This document shows positions 21,009 to 31,767 of a DNA stretch of 64,000 bases, in pieces; position 1 is the stretch's first letter; the number at the start of each line of letters is the position of its first letter. The translations under genes were made by a program, and so were the position numbers. The stretch covers positions 160,001 to 224,000 of the forward strand of contig CAVXEP010000022.1 in the NCBI GenBank assembly GCA_963760795.1, read 5' to 3'. The stretch is from an uncultured delta proteobacterium. GTDB lineage: Bacteria; Desulfobacterota; Binatia; UBA9968. A model generated the notes under the pieces. That model saw only the letters and a list, made by a program, of their open reading frames with translations. It was not told the origin of the DNA and made no database searches.

Positions 21009-22173
21009 CTAAGTATCCCGCTCGCTCGTCGGCCCAACTTCGCCGGTGCACCAGGGAATAAACGCTTTCATCCTGCAGGTCGCGCCGTGGGCCTTGAGTT
21101 CCTTTTCGAAGATCGAGTGAATCTCGCGATCTTCGTCATCGTACTCGACCTGCCAGCCGCCTTCTTTGAGGCTCTTGTCGGCATTCTCACCGCCGCCGCC
21201 GCGGCTTTTCTTGTAGAGGCCCATGTCGCCGGGACGGAGGGCCAGGTAACGTGCCCGCGTCGTGCCCGAGTTAAAGTGCTGGTGGTAGCAGTTGTCGTTG
21301 GGCACGGTGACCAAGGAGCCCAGCGCCCAGTCGCATTTGATCATGTCGGAGCGATCTTCCTTGGTCCAGATCAGTGAATAGCCGCCGGTACCGCTGAGCA
21401 ATACCAGATGGGCGCCGGGGCCATGGCGGTGCGCTTTCTTATAGGTACCGATGGGAAACTCGGAGATATGGCTCTTGGTGTTGTTGTCGGCCATTTCCAA
21501 CATGGCGTTGATGCCGCCGGCGCCGCGTTCTTTCCAGCCGTAGAGCGCCATGTCCGGGCGCGTTGGCAATGAAGTTAGACTCCCATACGCGACGGGTAAA
21601 AAGTTTGCCCTTGCCGCTGAAGTAGTCCTCTTCACCGGCGTAGCGGTTGGTAAACATGTAGGGATTGTTGAAGATGAAATTATTGTCGCGGTACAGCCGC
21701 ATCATCGGCGGCGCGTTGGTGACCGCTATGTAGCGCGTCGGCTCTTGACCGCTGCCGTTGAAGTTTTGATACCAGCAATTGAGCGGGATCGAAAAAAGGC
21801 TGCCCGCCTGCCACTCGAAGCTGCTTTTCTTTTTTTCATCCTGCCAGATCGACGTCGCGCCCCGCCCCGACACGACGTAGATTGTCGCCTCATACATATG
21901 GTGCTCGGGCTCGGACTTGCCCCCCGGCTTGATTTCAATCACATGACAATCGTTGGGCATATGATTGTTGTTGATATGAACGACCGCGCCGCTGCCGCCT
22001 TTGCGCTCCCACGGCACCAATTCGATCTTCGCCATACTCGGGAAATAGAACTCTTCGTAGACGCGCACGCCCTCTTTCTTAAGCCACTCCGAGTAGGGGT
22101 CGAGTTTAACATATTCCTTGAGCCCCTCTTTCGGGGTTTCGGCGATTTTCATGTCGGTGCCTAGCATGACCAC
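21009..22173 (-). CDS. bicupin protein (frameshift near 21557)
   Basis: Cupin motifs HHMYEATIYVVSGRG..IPLNCWYQ and KAHRHGPGAH..HQHFN in two ORFs joined by removing one C. Confidence 0.8.
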
Positions 22174-22277
22174 GGGTATATCCTCCTCTGATTCGGTGAA
22201 CCTAAGCTAACCTTATATCCTGCTAATTGGAATATCCGATGGCGGGCAAAGTTGTCAACGAGCGGAGCGCATTATCG

Positions 22278-22694
22278 TCACTTGTGAAAAATCGCCGACT
22301 CCGGGCGAATCTCCATGAGTTCGATGACATTGCCGTCCGGGTCGGCGATAAATGCGATCCGGTAGTGCGCTCGCCCCTCGCGCACCGGCCGCTCGGGATG
22401 GACATTCAAAGTCGCCAAGTGGCGGATCGCTTCGTCTATATCGTCAACTACTAGACAGTAATGCTGATAACCGATGGCATTTGCCGGGGTCTGAAACTTC
22501 TCCGTGCCGTTGGTGAAAATCTCGAGATGTTGACCGGGAGCAAACTCCAAAAACATCAACTCCTGGCGCCCGTCCTGCGGTTCGCCGTGAAATACTTTAC
22601 GGGCGCCGAAGGCATCCGCGTACCACTTCACACAGCGCTCCAAATCCGCCACCCGAAATGCCACATGGCCGAAACGAACTCCTGAAATTGTCAT
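22278..22694 (-). CDS. VOC/glyoxalase family protein
   Basis: GHVAFRVADLE, HYCLVVDD, DPDGNVIELME. Confidence 0.9.
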   Translation of the reverse strand: MTISGVRFGHVAFRVADLERCVKWYADAFGARKVFHGEPQDGRQELMFLEFAPGQHLEIFTNGTEKFQTPANAIGYQHYCLVVDDIDEAIRHLATLNVHPERPVREGRAHYRIAFIADPDGNVIELMEIRPESAIFHK

Positions 22695-22729
22695 TAACGA
22701 TCTCTCCGAAGTGTAGTTGCCAAGAACGA

Positions 22730-23737
22730 CTATTTCTTAGCCCATAGTTTGTCGAAAAACCCGCTTTTTTGCAGCCCGTCAAGATAGCGGCGATCGATCA
22801 GATCTTGGACTTTGATTTTGCTGGCTCGGGGGTCCGTCTTACCGGTTTCGTCAATAATCGCCTGCAGCGCCTCGTTTTTGAATTCCAGGCGCGGCTCCAA
22901 TACTTTGATCTCTTCATCGTAAGCCGCATCCAAAACTTTCCGGTCGTTAATGCGCAGTTGCTTGGCCAAGACCCGATAGGTCAACTCTTTATCGGTAAAC
23001 ATCAGTTTCATCGCTTCGGCCGTCACTCTGACAAATTTCTCGAAGGCCGCGCCTCGTGCATTCAACATCGAACGGCGCGCGATCAGCGTAGCCGCGGCAA
23101 ACGGTATCTGCAGGTCGGGTCCGTAGACGAGATAACGAAATCCCTGAGCGACCGCTTTGCTCCCACCTGATGGGCCGGTCATCGTCGCAGCGTCGACGGC
23201 ACCATTGAGCAACGCCGCAAGATTTTCCACTTGGCCACCGGTTTGGATAAAGTGGAGATCCGCTGGTTCGACGCCGTTGCGCCGCAAAGCCTGGACGACA
23301 AAATAATGCGAATTACTACCCAATCGCGTCAAGCCGAGTTTCTTGCCGCGCAATTCCTCGGCTCTTTTGATTTCCGCCTTGGCGACGATACTGTGCGTCA
23401 GAGTGTTCTTCGCGCTGGCAATAAAAACCAGGTCGGTGACTCCCTGGGCGGCGGCGCGAATGATCGCCTCGCCGCCACCGATGGCGACTTGACCATCACC
23501 GCTGAGAATCGCCGCGGTCACCAGCTGAGCCGACGAAATATATACCAGTTGGAAGTCTAAATCGTATTTGCGAAACAACCCAACTTCCTCGGCGATCCAC
23601 GGCATCGCCTGGGACATCGTCCGCGCCGACTGAAAGCCGATGAGTTTATCGACCGCCTTTCCTTCGACAGGGATAAACAGAACCCAGAATCCAAGCGCCA
23701 AGCTAAGGAGCCAACTAACAACACGCGGGGTTGCCAT
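22730..23737 (-). CDS. ABC substrate-binding protein, NitT/TauT family
   Basis: Signal peptide, GLFRKYDLD, LRGKKLGLTRLGS, SGFFDKLW; GGAGG RBS before ATG 23737. Confidence 0.87.
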   Translation of the reverse strand: MATPRVVSWLLSLALGFWVLFIPVEGKAVDKLIGFQSARTMSQAMPWIAEEVGLFRKYDLDFQLVYISSAQLVTAAILSGDGQVAIGGGEAIIRAAAQGVTDLVFIASAKNTLTHSIVAKAEIKRAEELRGKKLGLTRLGSNSHYFVVQALRRNGVEPADLHFIQTGGQVENLAALLNGAVDAATMTGPSGGSKAVAQGFRYLVYGPDLQIPFAAATLIARRSMLNARGAAFEKFVRVTAEAMKLMFTDKELTYRVLAKQLRINDRKVLDAAYDEEIKVLEPRLEFKNEALQAIIDETGKTDPRASKIKVQDLIDRRYLDGLQKSGFFDKLWAKK

Positions 23738-23970
23738 AGGTACGACCTCCTGAGACCGTTCAGTCTCATCGAGCGATTTCGTTGAGCAGGGCGACAGTAT
23801 CAAAAAGCGCGTTATCCGACTACAGCGGTGCCGTAGCAACTTCCAGACGGCCATGCCGTAGTGAAACATTTGGTGGAACATCGACCCGGCACGGAAAAAC
23901 CGCCCAGGACTTGACCGCAAGCTTATGGCGATGTTACGCAATCATTCACCAGAACACTGCGGAGGAAACC

Positions 23971-24915
23971 ATGAAAATTGTTGTCTATGGCCCGGAGCGG
24001 CGCATCGGCGCGTTGGCCGGCGATCGCGTCATCGATCTCAACCGCGCAGCGGCGCAGCTGCCGGCGCGCTTGTTAAACTTCATCGAAGCCGGCAAGCCTG
24101 CCCTCGATGGCGCAACTCTAGCCATCGATAAACATGGGAAATCCAGTCCCGGCGACGGCATTGTTCACGCCCTGGACCAGGTCCAGCTTCACGCGCCCTG
24201 GCCGGAACGGCGTGTCGCCTGTGTCGGCGGCAACTACGCCAAGCATCTGCTCGGCATGTGGGCGAACCGCTTGGGCAAAACTGACATCACCGTCGAGGAA
24301 GTCGCGGCGGAAGCCAAGAAGGCCGGCCAATGGGGATTCTGGAAAGTGCCCGCCGAAGTCGCCGGGCCCGGGGGAACGATTCCATTTCCCAAACGGGTCA
24401 CCTATTTCGATTATGAAGGCGAAGTCGCGATCGTCATCGGCAAACGCGGCAAAAATATTCCGGCTAATAAAGTGAACGACTATGTCTGGGGAGTCACGTT
24501 GTTCCACGACTGGTCGATCCGCGACGGCGGCGGCACCGATAGAGCCGTTAGCTATAATTTGGCAAAGAATTTCGACGGCGCCGCGTCCATGGGACCCTGC
24601 ATCGTCGTCGGCGAAACCGGCCAACAAGAGGTCGACGTTGAGACGCGCGTCAATGGCGTGGTGCGCCAGAGCTATAGCACCAGTGAAATGATTTGGGACT
24701 TCGGCGAAGTGTTGGAATACTTGTCGCAAGACTTTACCTTCGTGCCCGGCGATGTCATCGCCGGCGGCACATCGGCGGGTACAGCGGCGGACAAGTCGCG
24801 CCGCAGCCCGGACGGCAAACGGCCACTCGATCTATTTTTGAAAGTCGGCGACCTCGTCGAAGTGTCGTCGTCGAAGATTGGCGCGCTATCGAACAAGATC
24901 GTCTCCAGCGACTAG
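23971..24915 (+). CDS. fumarylacetoacetate hydrolase family protein
   Basis: CVGGNYAKH, DYEGEVAIVIGK, DWSIRD, AKNFD, GDVIAGGT. Confidence 0.9.
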   Translation: MKIVVYGPERRIGALAGDRVIDLNRAAAQLPARLLNFIEAGKPALDGATLAIDKHGKSSPGDGIVHALDQVQLHAPWPERRVACVGGNYAKHLLGMWANRLGKTDITVEEVAAEAKKAGQWGFWKVPAEVAGPGGTIPFPKRVTYFDYEGEVAIVIGKRGKNIPANKVNDYVWGVTLFHDWSIRDGGGTDRAVSYNLAKNFDGAASMGPCIVVGETGQQEVDVETRVNGVVRQSYSTSEMIWDFGEVLEYLSQDFTFVPGDVIAGGTSAGTAADKSRRSPDGKRPLDLFLKVGDLVEVSSSKIGALSNKIVSSD

Positions 24916-24936
24916 CGAACATCAAAGGGATCCACC

Positions 24937-26103
24937 ATGGACTTCAACCTACCCGAAGAAATTCAAATCCTGCGCAACACCGTGCGCCGCTTCGTCGACA
25001 AAGAGCTGATCCCGCTGGAGCGCGAGTACCGCCACGACAGCGAAGGGCCGATGCCGGATCACTTGCTCAAACCACTGCAAGAAAAAACCCAAGCGATGGG
25101 CTTATGGATGCTCGACGTGCCGGCGGAATACGGCGGCGCCGGCCTTGGCCTCTTCCCGCGCTGCATTATTCACGAAGAAATAGCCCGCGCCGCGTCGCTC
25201 CCCTTTCGCAGTCTCGAGCTGTTCGGACCGGAAGTGCGGCCGGTGCTGTTTTATTGCAGTGATGAGCAGAAGGAACGGTTTCTCAAACCGGTGCTGCGCG
25301 GTGAGATGAAGTTCTGCTTCGCCCAGACCGAACCGGACGCCGGCAGCGACCCGGCCAACATGCGCACCCGCGCCGTGCGCGACGGCGACGATTTTATCAT
25401 CAACGGCACCAAGCGTTTCATCACCGCGGCCGGACGCGCCGACTACGTCCAACTCATGGCGGTGACCGACCCGGAGAAGAAAGCGCGCGGCGGCATCAGC
25501 TGCTTTGCGGTGGATTTGAAGAGCCCCGGCGTCAATCTTGAGCGCCAGTGGCCGGCGATGATGGGTGAAGCGCCTTGGCAATTGTATTTCGAAAACGTGC
25601 GCGTACCGGCGAATAATGTCATTGGCGAAATCGGCGGCGGTTTTTCCATCGCGCAAAAATGGATCGGCGAAGGACGCATCCGCGGCCATGGCGCCCGCCC
25701 GGTGGGCATCGCCTCGCGCGCCCTCGATATGATGATCGAGTATTCAAAAGTGCGCACCACCTTCGGCAAGCCGCTGTCGGAGCGCCAAGCGATTCAATTC
25801 ATGATCGCCGACTCAGCGATGGAGATTCACTCGGTGCGCAACATGGTCTACGAATGCGCCTGGCGCGTCGACCGCGGCGAGGACGTCCGCGATCTTTCCT
25901 ACATGGTTAAAGTCATGGCGACGGAAATGGCCAGCCGTGTGGTCGACCGCTCGATTCAGGTCCACGGCGGCTTGGGATTGATGAAAGAGCTGCCACTCGA
26001 ATGGTGGTATCGGCAGATCCGCAGCACGCGCATCACCGAGGGCGCCAACGAAGTCCTGCGCTGGCGCTTAGGGCAGAATATCATCCGCGCGCATAAAGGT
26101 TAG
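24937..26103 (+). CDS. acyl-CoA dehydrogenase
   Basis: FAQTEPDAGSD, INGTKRFIT, IQVHGGLG, RITEGANE. Confidence 0.93.
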   Translation: MDFNLPEEIQILRNTVRRFVDKELIPLEREYRHDSEGPMPDHLLKPLQEKTQAMGLWMLDVPAEYGGAGLGLFPRCIIHEEIARAASLPFRSLELFGPEVRPVLFYCSDEQKERFLKPVLRGEMKFCFAQTEPDAGSDPANMRTRAVRDGDDFIINGTKRFITAAGRADYVQLMAVTDPEKKARGGISCFAVDLKSPGVNLERQWPAMMGEAPWQLYFENVRVPANNVIGEIGGGFSIAQKWIGEGRIRGHGARPVGIASRALDMMIEYSKVRTTFGKPLSERQAIQFMIADSAMEIHSVRNMVYECAWRVDRGEDVRDLSYMVKVMATEMASRVVDRSIQVHGGLGLMKELPLEWWYRQIRSTRITEGANEVLRWRLGQNIIRAHKG

Positions 26104-26116
26104 CACGAAGACAATA

Positions 26117-26199
26117 TTCACCGCGAAGGACACGAAGATCACGAAGTTCGGAACGTAGATCCTGCGAAACCTTTCTCTCCTTCGTGACCTTCGTGGTGG
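26117..26199. repeat. Family A palindromic repeat
   Basis: CACCGCGAAGGACACGAAGATCACGAAGTTCGGA ... CCTTCGTGACCTTCGTGGTG between convergent genes. Confidence 0.85.
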
Positions 26200-26220
26200 A
26201 ATCGAACCTTCTTAACGATA

Positions 26221-27267
26221 TTAATTCTCCAAGATTCGCTTCACCCGCTCGACAACATCCGGCGGCTGGCTGGTCACTTCTTTGGCGAGGCTCTGCATCT
26301 CCTCCCAGGTTACCGGTTCCAAATCGTAGCGCCGCTTCTTTACCTCGGCGATAAACTCCGGGTCTTTGAGCATCTTGGCGTAGCCGTCGCGAATCGTCCG
26401 CGCTAGGTCGGCGGACATTCCCGGCGGCGCCACCATCGGCCGGCCGAATCCGCCGGAGGACAAGACAACAGTCGCCATTCGCCGTAGCGCGTCTGGAGTT
26501 TTCTGCTTGTCCATCAATTCGTAGAGCGTCGGCACATCGCCTAAGCGGGAGTCGCGTTTCATGCCGGTCTGAAGCAGACTCTTCACATAACCATTTTTAA
26601 ACCATGTGCGCGTAGGCTCGCGGCCAACGAAGCTGCCGATGTCGAAGGCGCGGCAGTGCAGTTCGCCGCGCTCCACGGCGATATCGATTTCGCCGCCGCT
26701 CTGGTAACCGGTCACGGTTTTGAATTTGAGGCCGAGAGTTTCTTCCAATATTTTCGGCACGAAGTAGCCGGTGGCGCCAGTGCCCGCGCCGCCGCAACGC
26801 GGCGGCTCAGCGGCGCGCCGGATATCTTCGAGGGTCTTGTACGGGCTGTCGGCGCGCATGTAAAGCTGCGCTTCGAGCCGTTCCGGCGAACCGATCCAGG
26901 TAAACTTCGCCCAGTCGAACTTCACCGTGTTGTGGCCCAGCACTTGATCGAAAAACGCGCCACCTTGCAAAGCGCCGAGCGTCAAGCCATCGGGTTTGGC
27001 GACCGAGAAGAGATAGTTCGCCGCCACCACAGAACTAGCCCCCGGCATGTTCTGCGCGATAAGCACCGGCTCGCCGGGCAAGTGCTTGCCGAGGAACTGC
27101 GCCACCAGCCGGGCATAGAGATCGACACCGCCGCCGCTGCTGGTGCCGATGATAAGGCGAATGGTCTTGCCCTTGAAATCACCATCGCTCTGAGCCGTCA
27201 CTCGCACGACGCTTAACATCGAGCCAAGGACGCAACCCGCGAGAATAATCCCTGCTTTCATTTTCAC
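26221..27267 (-). CDS. Bug/TctC tripartite tricarboxylate transporter substrate-binding protein
   Basis: GKTIRLIIGTSSGGGVDLYAR, NMPGA, KPDGLT, GRPMVAPPG. Confidence 0.9.
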   Translation of the reverse strand: MKMKAGIILAGCVLGSMLSVVRVTAQSDGDFKGKTIRLIIGTSSGGGVDLYARLVAQFLGKHLPGEPVLIAQNMPGASSVVAANYLFSVAKPDGLTLGALQGGAFFDQVLGHNTVKFDWAKFTWIGSPERLEAQLYMRADSPYKTLEDIRRAAEPPRCGGAGTGATGYFVPKILEETLGLKFKTVTGYQSGGEIDIAVERGELHCRAFDIGSFVGREPTRTWFKNGYVKSLLQTGMKRDSRLGDVPTLYELMDKQKTPDALRRMATVVLSSGGFGRPMVAPPGMSADLARTIRDGYAKMLKDPEFIAEVKKRRYDLEPVTWEEMQSLAKEVTSQPPDVVERVKRILEN

Positions 27268-27285
27268 AGTCCTTCCACCATGAAG

Positions 27286-29363
27286 TTAGATATGTACTTT
27301 GGCATCCAACACTATCGCTCCGGACAGCTCGGCGCCCAAAGCGATCGGATTGATATCCACCGCCTGAATCTTGCCGTTCAGTTCTACCGCTAGATCGGAC
27401 AAGCGCAACAGCGCGTCGCTGAGCCGATCGATAGTCACGGGTGTCTTGTTCAGAACTGGAAACGCCCTTAACGATGACAACATATCCGCGACATCGGTTT
27501 TAGATAGCGGTGCCAAGCGCAGCGCAAAGTCCTTCAAGACTTCGGTAAATATCCCGCCGAGGCCGCAGAGCAGCACCGGGCCGAAGGTCGCGTCGTACTT
27601 CACGCCGAGAATCACTTCAAGGTCATGCTCGATGAATTTTTCCACGGTCTGCGGCATTCGCTTTGCCGGCAAGGGCAGCGAACTCTCGTTCCAACTCGCC
27701 ATCGTTGGCAATCTTCCGGCTGACGAGCCCGGCCTCACTGCGGTGCGCCACGTTGGCCACCATACCCTTTAAAATTACCGGATAGCCGAGTTTCAGCACC
27801 GCCGCTTTGGCCTCCCTTTTGGTCTCGACGGCAAAGGACGCCGCACATTGGAAGCCGTATTGGCCCAGTAGCGCCACGGTCGCTTCGTGCGGCAGCATTC
27901 CCTGTCCCTGGTGCGCTTCGCAGAATCGTCTCGGCGCCCCCACGCGGCGCTACCGACGCCAGCGACATCACCGGCGGTCTTGGCGCGGCTTTGCGGCGTT
28001 CGAGAAACTGCCCGTAGTCGATATAGCCGCGCAGCATCTTGAAACAGGCATCGGTGGCCGCGTCGTACACCGGGATATGCTTCTCTTGAAAGATATCACG
28101 CATATCGGTTTCGGAGAGGTTGATAATCGCCGCCGCGGTCTTGCCAAATTTTTCCGCGGCGGCGGCGAACTGCCGGCCATATTCGTGGCGCACCGCCAGC
28201 GGTCCCATGTACATGAGCATGCAATCGTTGGCCGGGTCTTCGGCAAAAGCCTCGCACGCCGCCTGGAGAAATCCCGGCGCGCGGGAGGTGCCGGCGGTAT
28301 CGAAGGGATTGGTCAAGATCGCCGTGCGCCGTTGGGGAATGCGCGCTTGGGCTTGCGCGGAAATGTCGGCCAACTCGATGCCGTACTCGCTCGCCTTGTC
28401 GGCCATCAAACTGGCGCCCGCGCCGCTGGAAGTCATCACCACCAGGCGCCCGGCGCGCGGCACCGGCTGGTGCGCCGCCAATTGCGCGCTGCCGAGAAAA
28501 GTCTCGACGGTGTCGGTGGCAATAACGCCGTACTGGCGAAACGCCGCTTCGTAGACCTCGCCGGCGCCGGCCATGCGCGCGGTATGCGCCATGGTGGTCA
28601 ACGCGCCGCGCTCGGACTTGCCGACTTTGAGCACGACGATTTTCTTGCCGAGTTCATGGGCGCGCTCGGCCAGATCGAGAAAGCGCCTGCCGTTCTTGAG
28701 CCCTTCCATCAGCACGGCGACGACTCGGGTATTATCGTCTTCGAGAAAAAATTCGGTGAAGTCGCAGAGATCGACATCCATCTCGTTGCCGTTGCTCACC
28801 ATATAACTGAAACCCTGGTTGGCCTGCACCGCGCGATGGCCGATCACCCCTAACAACGCGCCGCTATGAGACGCGATCGCCACCGGTCCCGGCTTGATCG
28901 GCAGCGCGAAGGCGTGATCGTAGCCGCAGGGAATATTTTTATAAACGTTAAAGGTGCCATGGCAGTTGGGGCCGCACACACGGATGTTATAGCGTTTGGC
29001 GATGGCACTGACTTCGTCCTGGCGCGCTTGACCTTCCGGTCCGGCTTCGCTGAAGCCGGCGGAACCGATGATCGCGGTCTTCACGCCCTTCCGGCCGCAC
29101 TCTTCGAGAATCTCCGCCGTCAACTTAGCATCGATCATCAGGATCGCGACATCGGGAGCTTCCGGCAAATCAGTCACGGTCGGATAACACTTCACGCCGC
29201 CGATTTCGGCGGCGCGCAGATTGACCGGATAGATTTTGCCGGTGAACTTCGAGTTGACGATATTACGCAGCGGCAATCCTGACGCCTTGGCAAGATCTGC
29301 CGACGCGCCGATGACGGCGACGGATTTAGGATCGAAAAACAAACCAATACGTGGATCGGACAC
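27286..29363 (-). CDS. acyl-CoA synthetase (NDP-forming), acetate-CoA ligase family; two frameshifts (~27920, ~27650)
   Basis: PKSVAVIGAS, GPNC, SNGNE, phospho-His AHTA; C-terminal ATP-grasp parts GYPVILK, FGPVLLCGLGG, DINP in later frames. Confidence 0.87.
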
Positions 29364-29410
29364 GAAACTTCCTCCGGTGAATCAATCAAGATGACTTGGA
29401 AAATACCGAC

Positions 29411-29492
29411 TCACCACGAAGGACACGAAGAGCACGAAGTTCGGAATATTAATTCTCCGATACCTTCGTGTCTTTCGTGACCTTCGTGGTGA
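29411..29492. repeat. Family A palindromic repeat (best-preserved copy)
   Basis: TCACCACGAAGGACACGAAGAGCACGAAG-TTCGGA..TCCGA-TACCTTCGTGTCTTTCGTGACCTTCGTGGTGA. Confidence 0.88.
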
Positions 29493-30663
29493 AAAGGAAT
29501 TTATGACGGCAACCAGCGCCCGCGCTTTGCTCGCCCTCAGCCTTCGGCACATCGCCGTTCACGGCCTCCGGTCGCTGCGGGCTCTTGATAACTTCTTTCC
29601 ACGGCGACGGCGCGCCTTGGTACGCTGCGGCGCCCTTGATGAAATGGCGGGCATGGCCGAGAGTTTCGACGAACGGCATGTCCATCGAATAAAGTTTCTT
29701 GCCGCTCGGGCGCGGTCCGCCTTTCGACACATGGCCCCAGAGCGGATGACCGACCAAATCTTCCGCGACCCACACCGCTTCGATCAGTTTTTCCAAGTCG
29801 ACGCCGGTGTCGATGCCCATGCCGTCCATCATGTGAATCAAGTCTTCAGTCGGCGCCAGGCCCGCCGACTGGCCATTGCCACAGAACGGACAGCCGCCCA
29901 TGCCGCCGATGGCCGGCTGCAAGCGCAGCGTATCTGTGCCATCCAGACTGCGCATAGCGACGTATGAAGACGTCAGCGCCATGCCGCGGGTGTTATGCAG
30001 GTGTAAATTAAAACTCTTGATCGCCGGCCAGCGTTTTTTGATCGCTTCGAGCTGGCGCTCCACTTGATCCGGCATATTCCAGCCCATCGGATCGGAGATG
30101 CCGATCTTGGTGACGGCAATCCCCGCTTCATCCCAAAGTTGATGTTGGCGCTCGAGCATCTTTATGCGGTCTTCCTGGGACACCTGGCCGGTCCAGTTGG
30201 AGCCCCAGGCAGCGCTGACGCTGATGCCCGCTTCCTTGGCACCTTTCGCCTTGGCTTCGTCGATGACTTTGGGCCAACGCGCCATTTGCTGGGCGATGGT
30301 CCGGTTGATGTTGCGCTGGGCAAACACATCGCATAGATAGACCGCCGTCTGCGCCTGGTACTTCAGATCGTTGAGCGGCGGGATATATTGGCGCAGCCGC
30401 TCCCGCCCCATGTCATTGAGCGCCGTGGCGGTATAGCTCACACCCGCCTTGGGATGAAATCCTTTAACTAACTCATCGATGCACGCCATCTGCGGCACCC
30501 AGCGCGGACTGACAAACGAACCGACCGCAATGTCTTTCAGCCCGGTCTCCGACAACATGTCGAGCAAACGAATCTTCCCGGCCACCGGAATATCGGCACG
30601 CTCGATTTGCAAACCATCGCGCATGCCTTCTTCGGTCAAGATAACTTTGGGATAATTACTCAT
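29449..30663 (-). CDS. HMG-CoA lyase-like DRE-TIM metallolyase (3' end uncertain)
   Basis: EEGMRDGLQ, GSFVSPRWVPQMA, LHLHNTRG, GGCP, PTED; the ORF runs into a repeat, so the true stop may be near 29500. Confidence 0.85.
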   Translation of the reverse strand: MSNYPKVILTEEGMRDGLQIERADIPVAGKIRLLDMLSETGLKDIAVGSFVSPRWVPQMACIDELVKGFHPKAGVSYTATALNDMGRERLRQYIPPLNDLKYQAQTAVYLCDVFAQRNINRTIAQQMARWPKVIDEAKAKGAKEAGISVSAAWGSNWTGQVSQEDRIKMLERQHQLWDEAGIAVTKIGISDPMGWNMPDQVERQLEAIKKRWPAIKSFNLHLHNTRGMALTSSYVAMRSLDGTDTLRLQPAIGGMGGCPFCGNGQSAGLAPTEDLIHMMDGMGIDTGVDLEKLIEAVWVAEDLVGHPLWGHVSKGGPRPSGKKLYSMDMPFVETLGHARHFIKGAAAYQGAPSPWKEVIKSPQRPEAVNGDVPKAEGEQSAGAGCRHKFLFTTKVTKDTKVSEN

Positions 30664-30675
30664 GTTTCTCTCCTT

Positions 30676-30738
30676 GTAGGGACGCAGAATGCTGCGCCCG
30701 CGTCCGAACCCTTCGTGTCCTTCGTGCGCTTCGTGGTG
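30676..30738. repeat. Composite: GTAG-type REP plus Family A right arm
   Basis: GTAGGGACGCAGAATGCTGCGCCC followed by TCCGAACCCTTCGTGTCCTTCGTGCGCTTCGTGGTG. Confidence 0.75.
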
Positions 30739-30795
30739 GTCCTAGCGATCTCATTACCGCTTAGTCAAAACACAAGAGCTGGAACGCCAACATTC

Positions 30796-31584
30796 TCAGT
30801 CGCCTTTGTATTTCGCCGAGCGTTTCTCGGCGAACGCCTTGGCGCCTTCCCGCGCATCCTGGCTTTCATAGGGACTTGGCCCCGGCGCCATCTTCAAAGC
30901 GAACAGCAACGGCGAGCCGATCGACTTCACCGACAGCTCTTTAATCCGGCGCAGCGACACCGGCGCGTTTTCGGCGATCTTTTCCGCTAACGCCACTGCG
31001 GCCGGCAATAGCTCAGGCAACGGCACCACACGGTTAACCAGACCGAATCGAAGCGCGTCTTGAGCGGAAATCTGTTCGCCGGTAAAAAGCATTTCCATGG
31101 CGATGCCGCGCGGAATCAGATATTGCAGCATCACCGTGGCAAAGTTGGCGCCGCGGCCGCGCTTGGCTTCGGGCAAACCGAAGCGGGCATTTTCCGAGGC
31201 GATGCGGATGTCGCAGGCGAGCGTCAGCTCGCAGCCGCCGGCCAGCGCATAGCCGTTCACCGCTGCGATGAGCGGCTTATAGGTTTCGATGGCCAGTTGG
31301 CTCGAGTGCGGCGGCTCATCCAAAGCGCCGTAGTCCGGCCCGACGCGATGGGATTTCTTTTGGAAAATCTCGTTGTGCTCTTTCAGATCGGCGCCCGCTG
31401 AGAACGCCTTATCGCCGGCGCCGGTAATGACCGCGACCTTGATGGAAGGTTCGGTGCGAATCTTGAGAAACGCGTCGACCAATCCGGTGCGCACCTCATG
31501 GCCCAACGCATTCATCCGGTCCGGCCGATTGATCGTGACAATCGCCACATGACCTTTTTGCTCGAATAACACAAAATCAGACAT
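30796..31584 (-). CDS. enoyl-CoA hydratase/isomerase
   Basis: NRPDRMNAL, FSAGADL, AVNGYALAGGCEL, PEAKRG. Confidence 0.92.
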   Translation of the reverse strand: MSDFVLFEQKGHVAIVTINRPDRMNALGHEVRTGLVDAFLKIRTEPSIKVAVITGAGDKAFSAGADLKEHNEIFQKKSHRVGPDYGALDEPPHSSQLAIETYKPLIAAVNGYALAGGCELTLACDIRIASENARFGLPEAKRGRGANFATVMLQYLIPRGIAMEMLFTGEQISAQDALRFGLVNRVVPLPELLPAAVALAEKIAENAPVSLRRIKELSVKSIGSPLLFALKMAPGPSPYESQDAREGAKAFAEKRSAKYKGD

Positions 31585-31767
31585 CGAATGACCTCGGTAA
31601 AGCTATTTTTGGCGCAGCGCCAGAACTAACACCCGACGGATCGAAGTTCAACAAAACCGCCGACGCGTTGGAGTTAGAGCGATGACACTGTGCACGATGT
31701 TCGGAATGACAATCCCTAGCAACCCGTCATTTCGAGCGCCGCGGGAAATCTCTCTTCATCTGAAATG

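Noticed and set aside
29449-29500. C-terminal extension FTTKVTKDTKVSEN on the lyase as a domain
   Set aside because: It is a translation of the Family A repeat, probably after an indel near the true stop
31698-31752. GGAATGAC...GTCATTTCG as another repeat family (similar text near 42209)
   Set aside because: Too short and degenerate to support from this window
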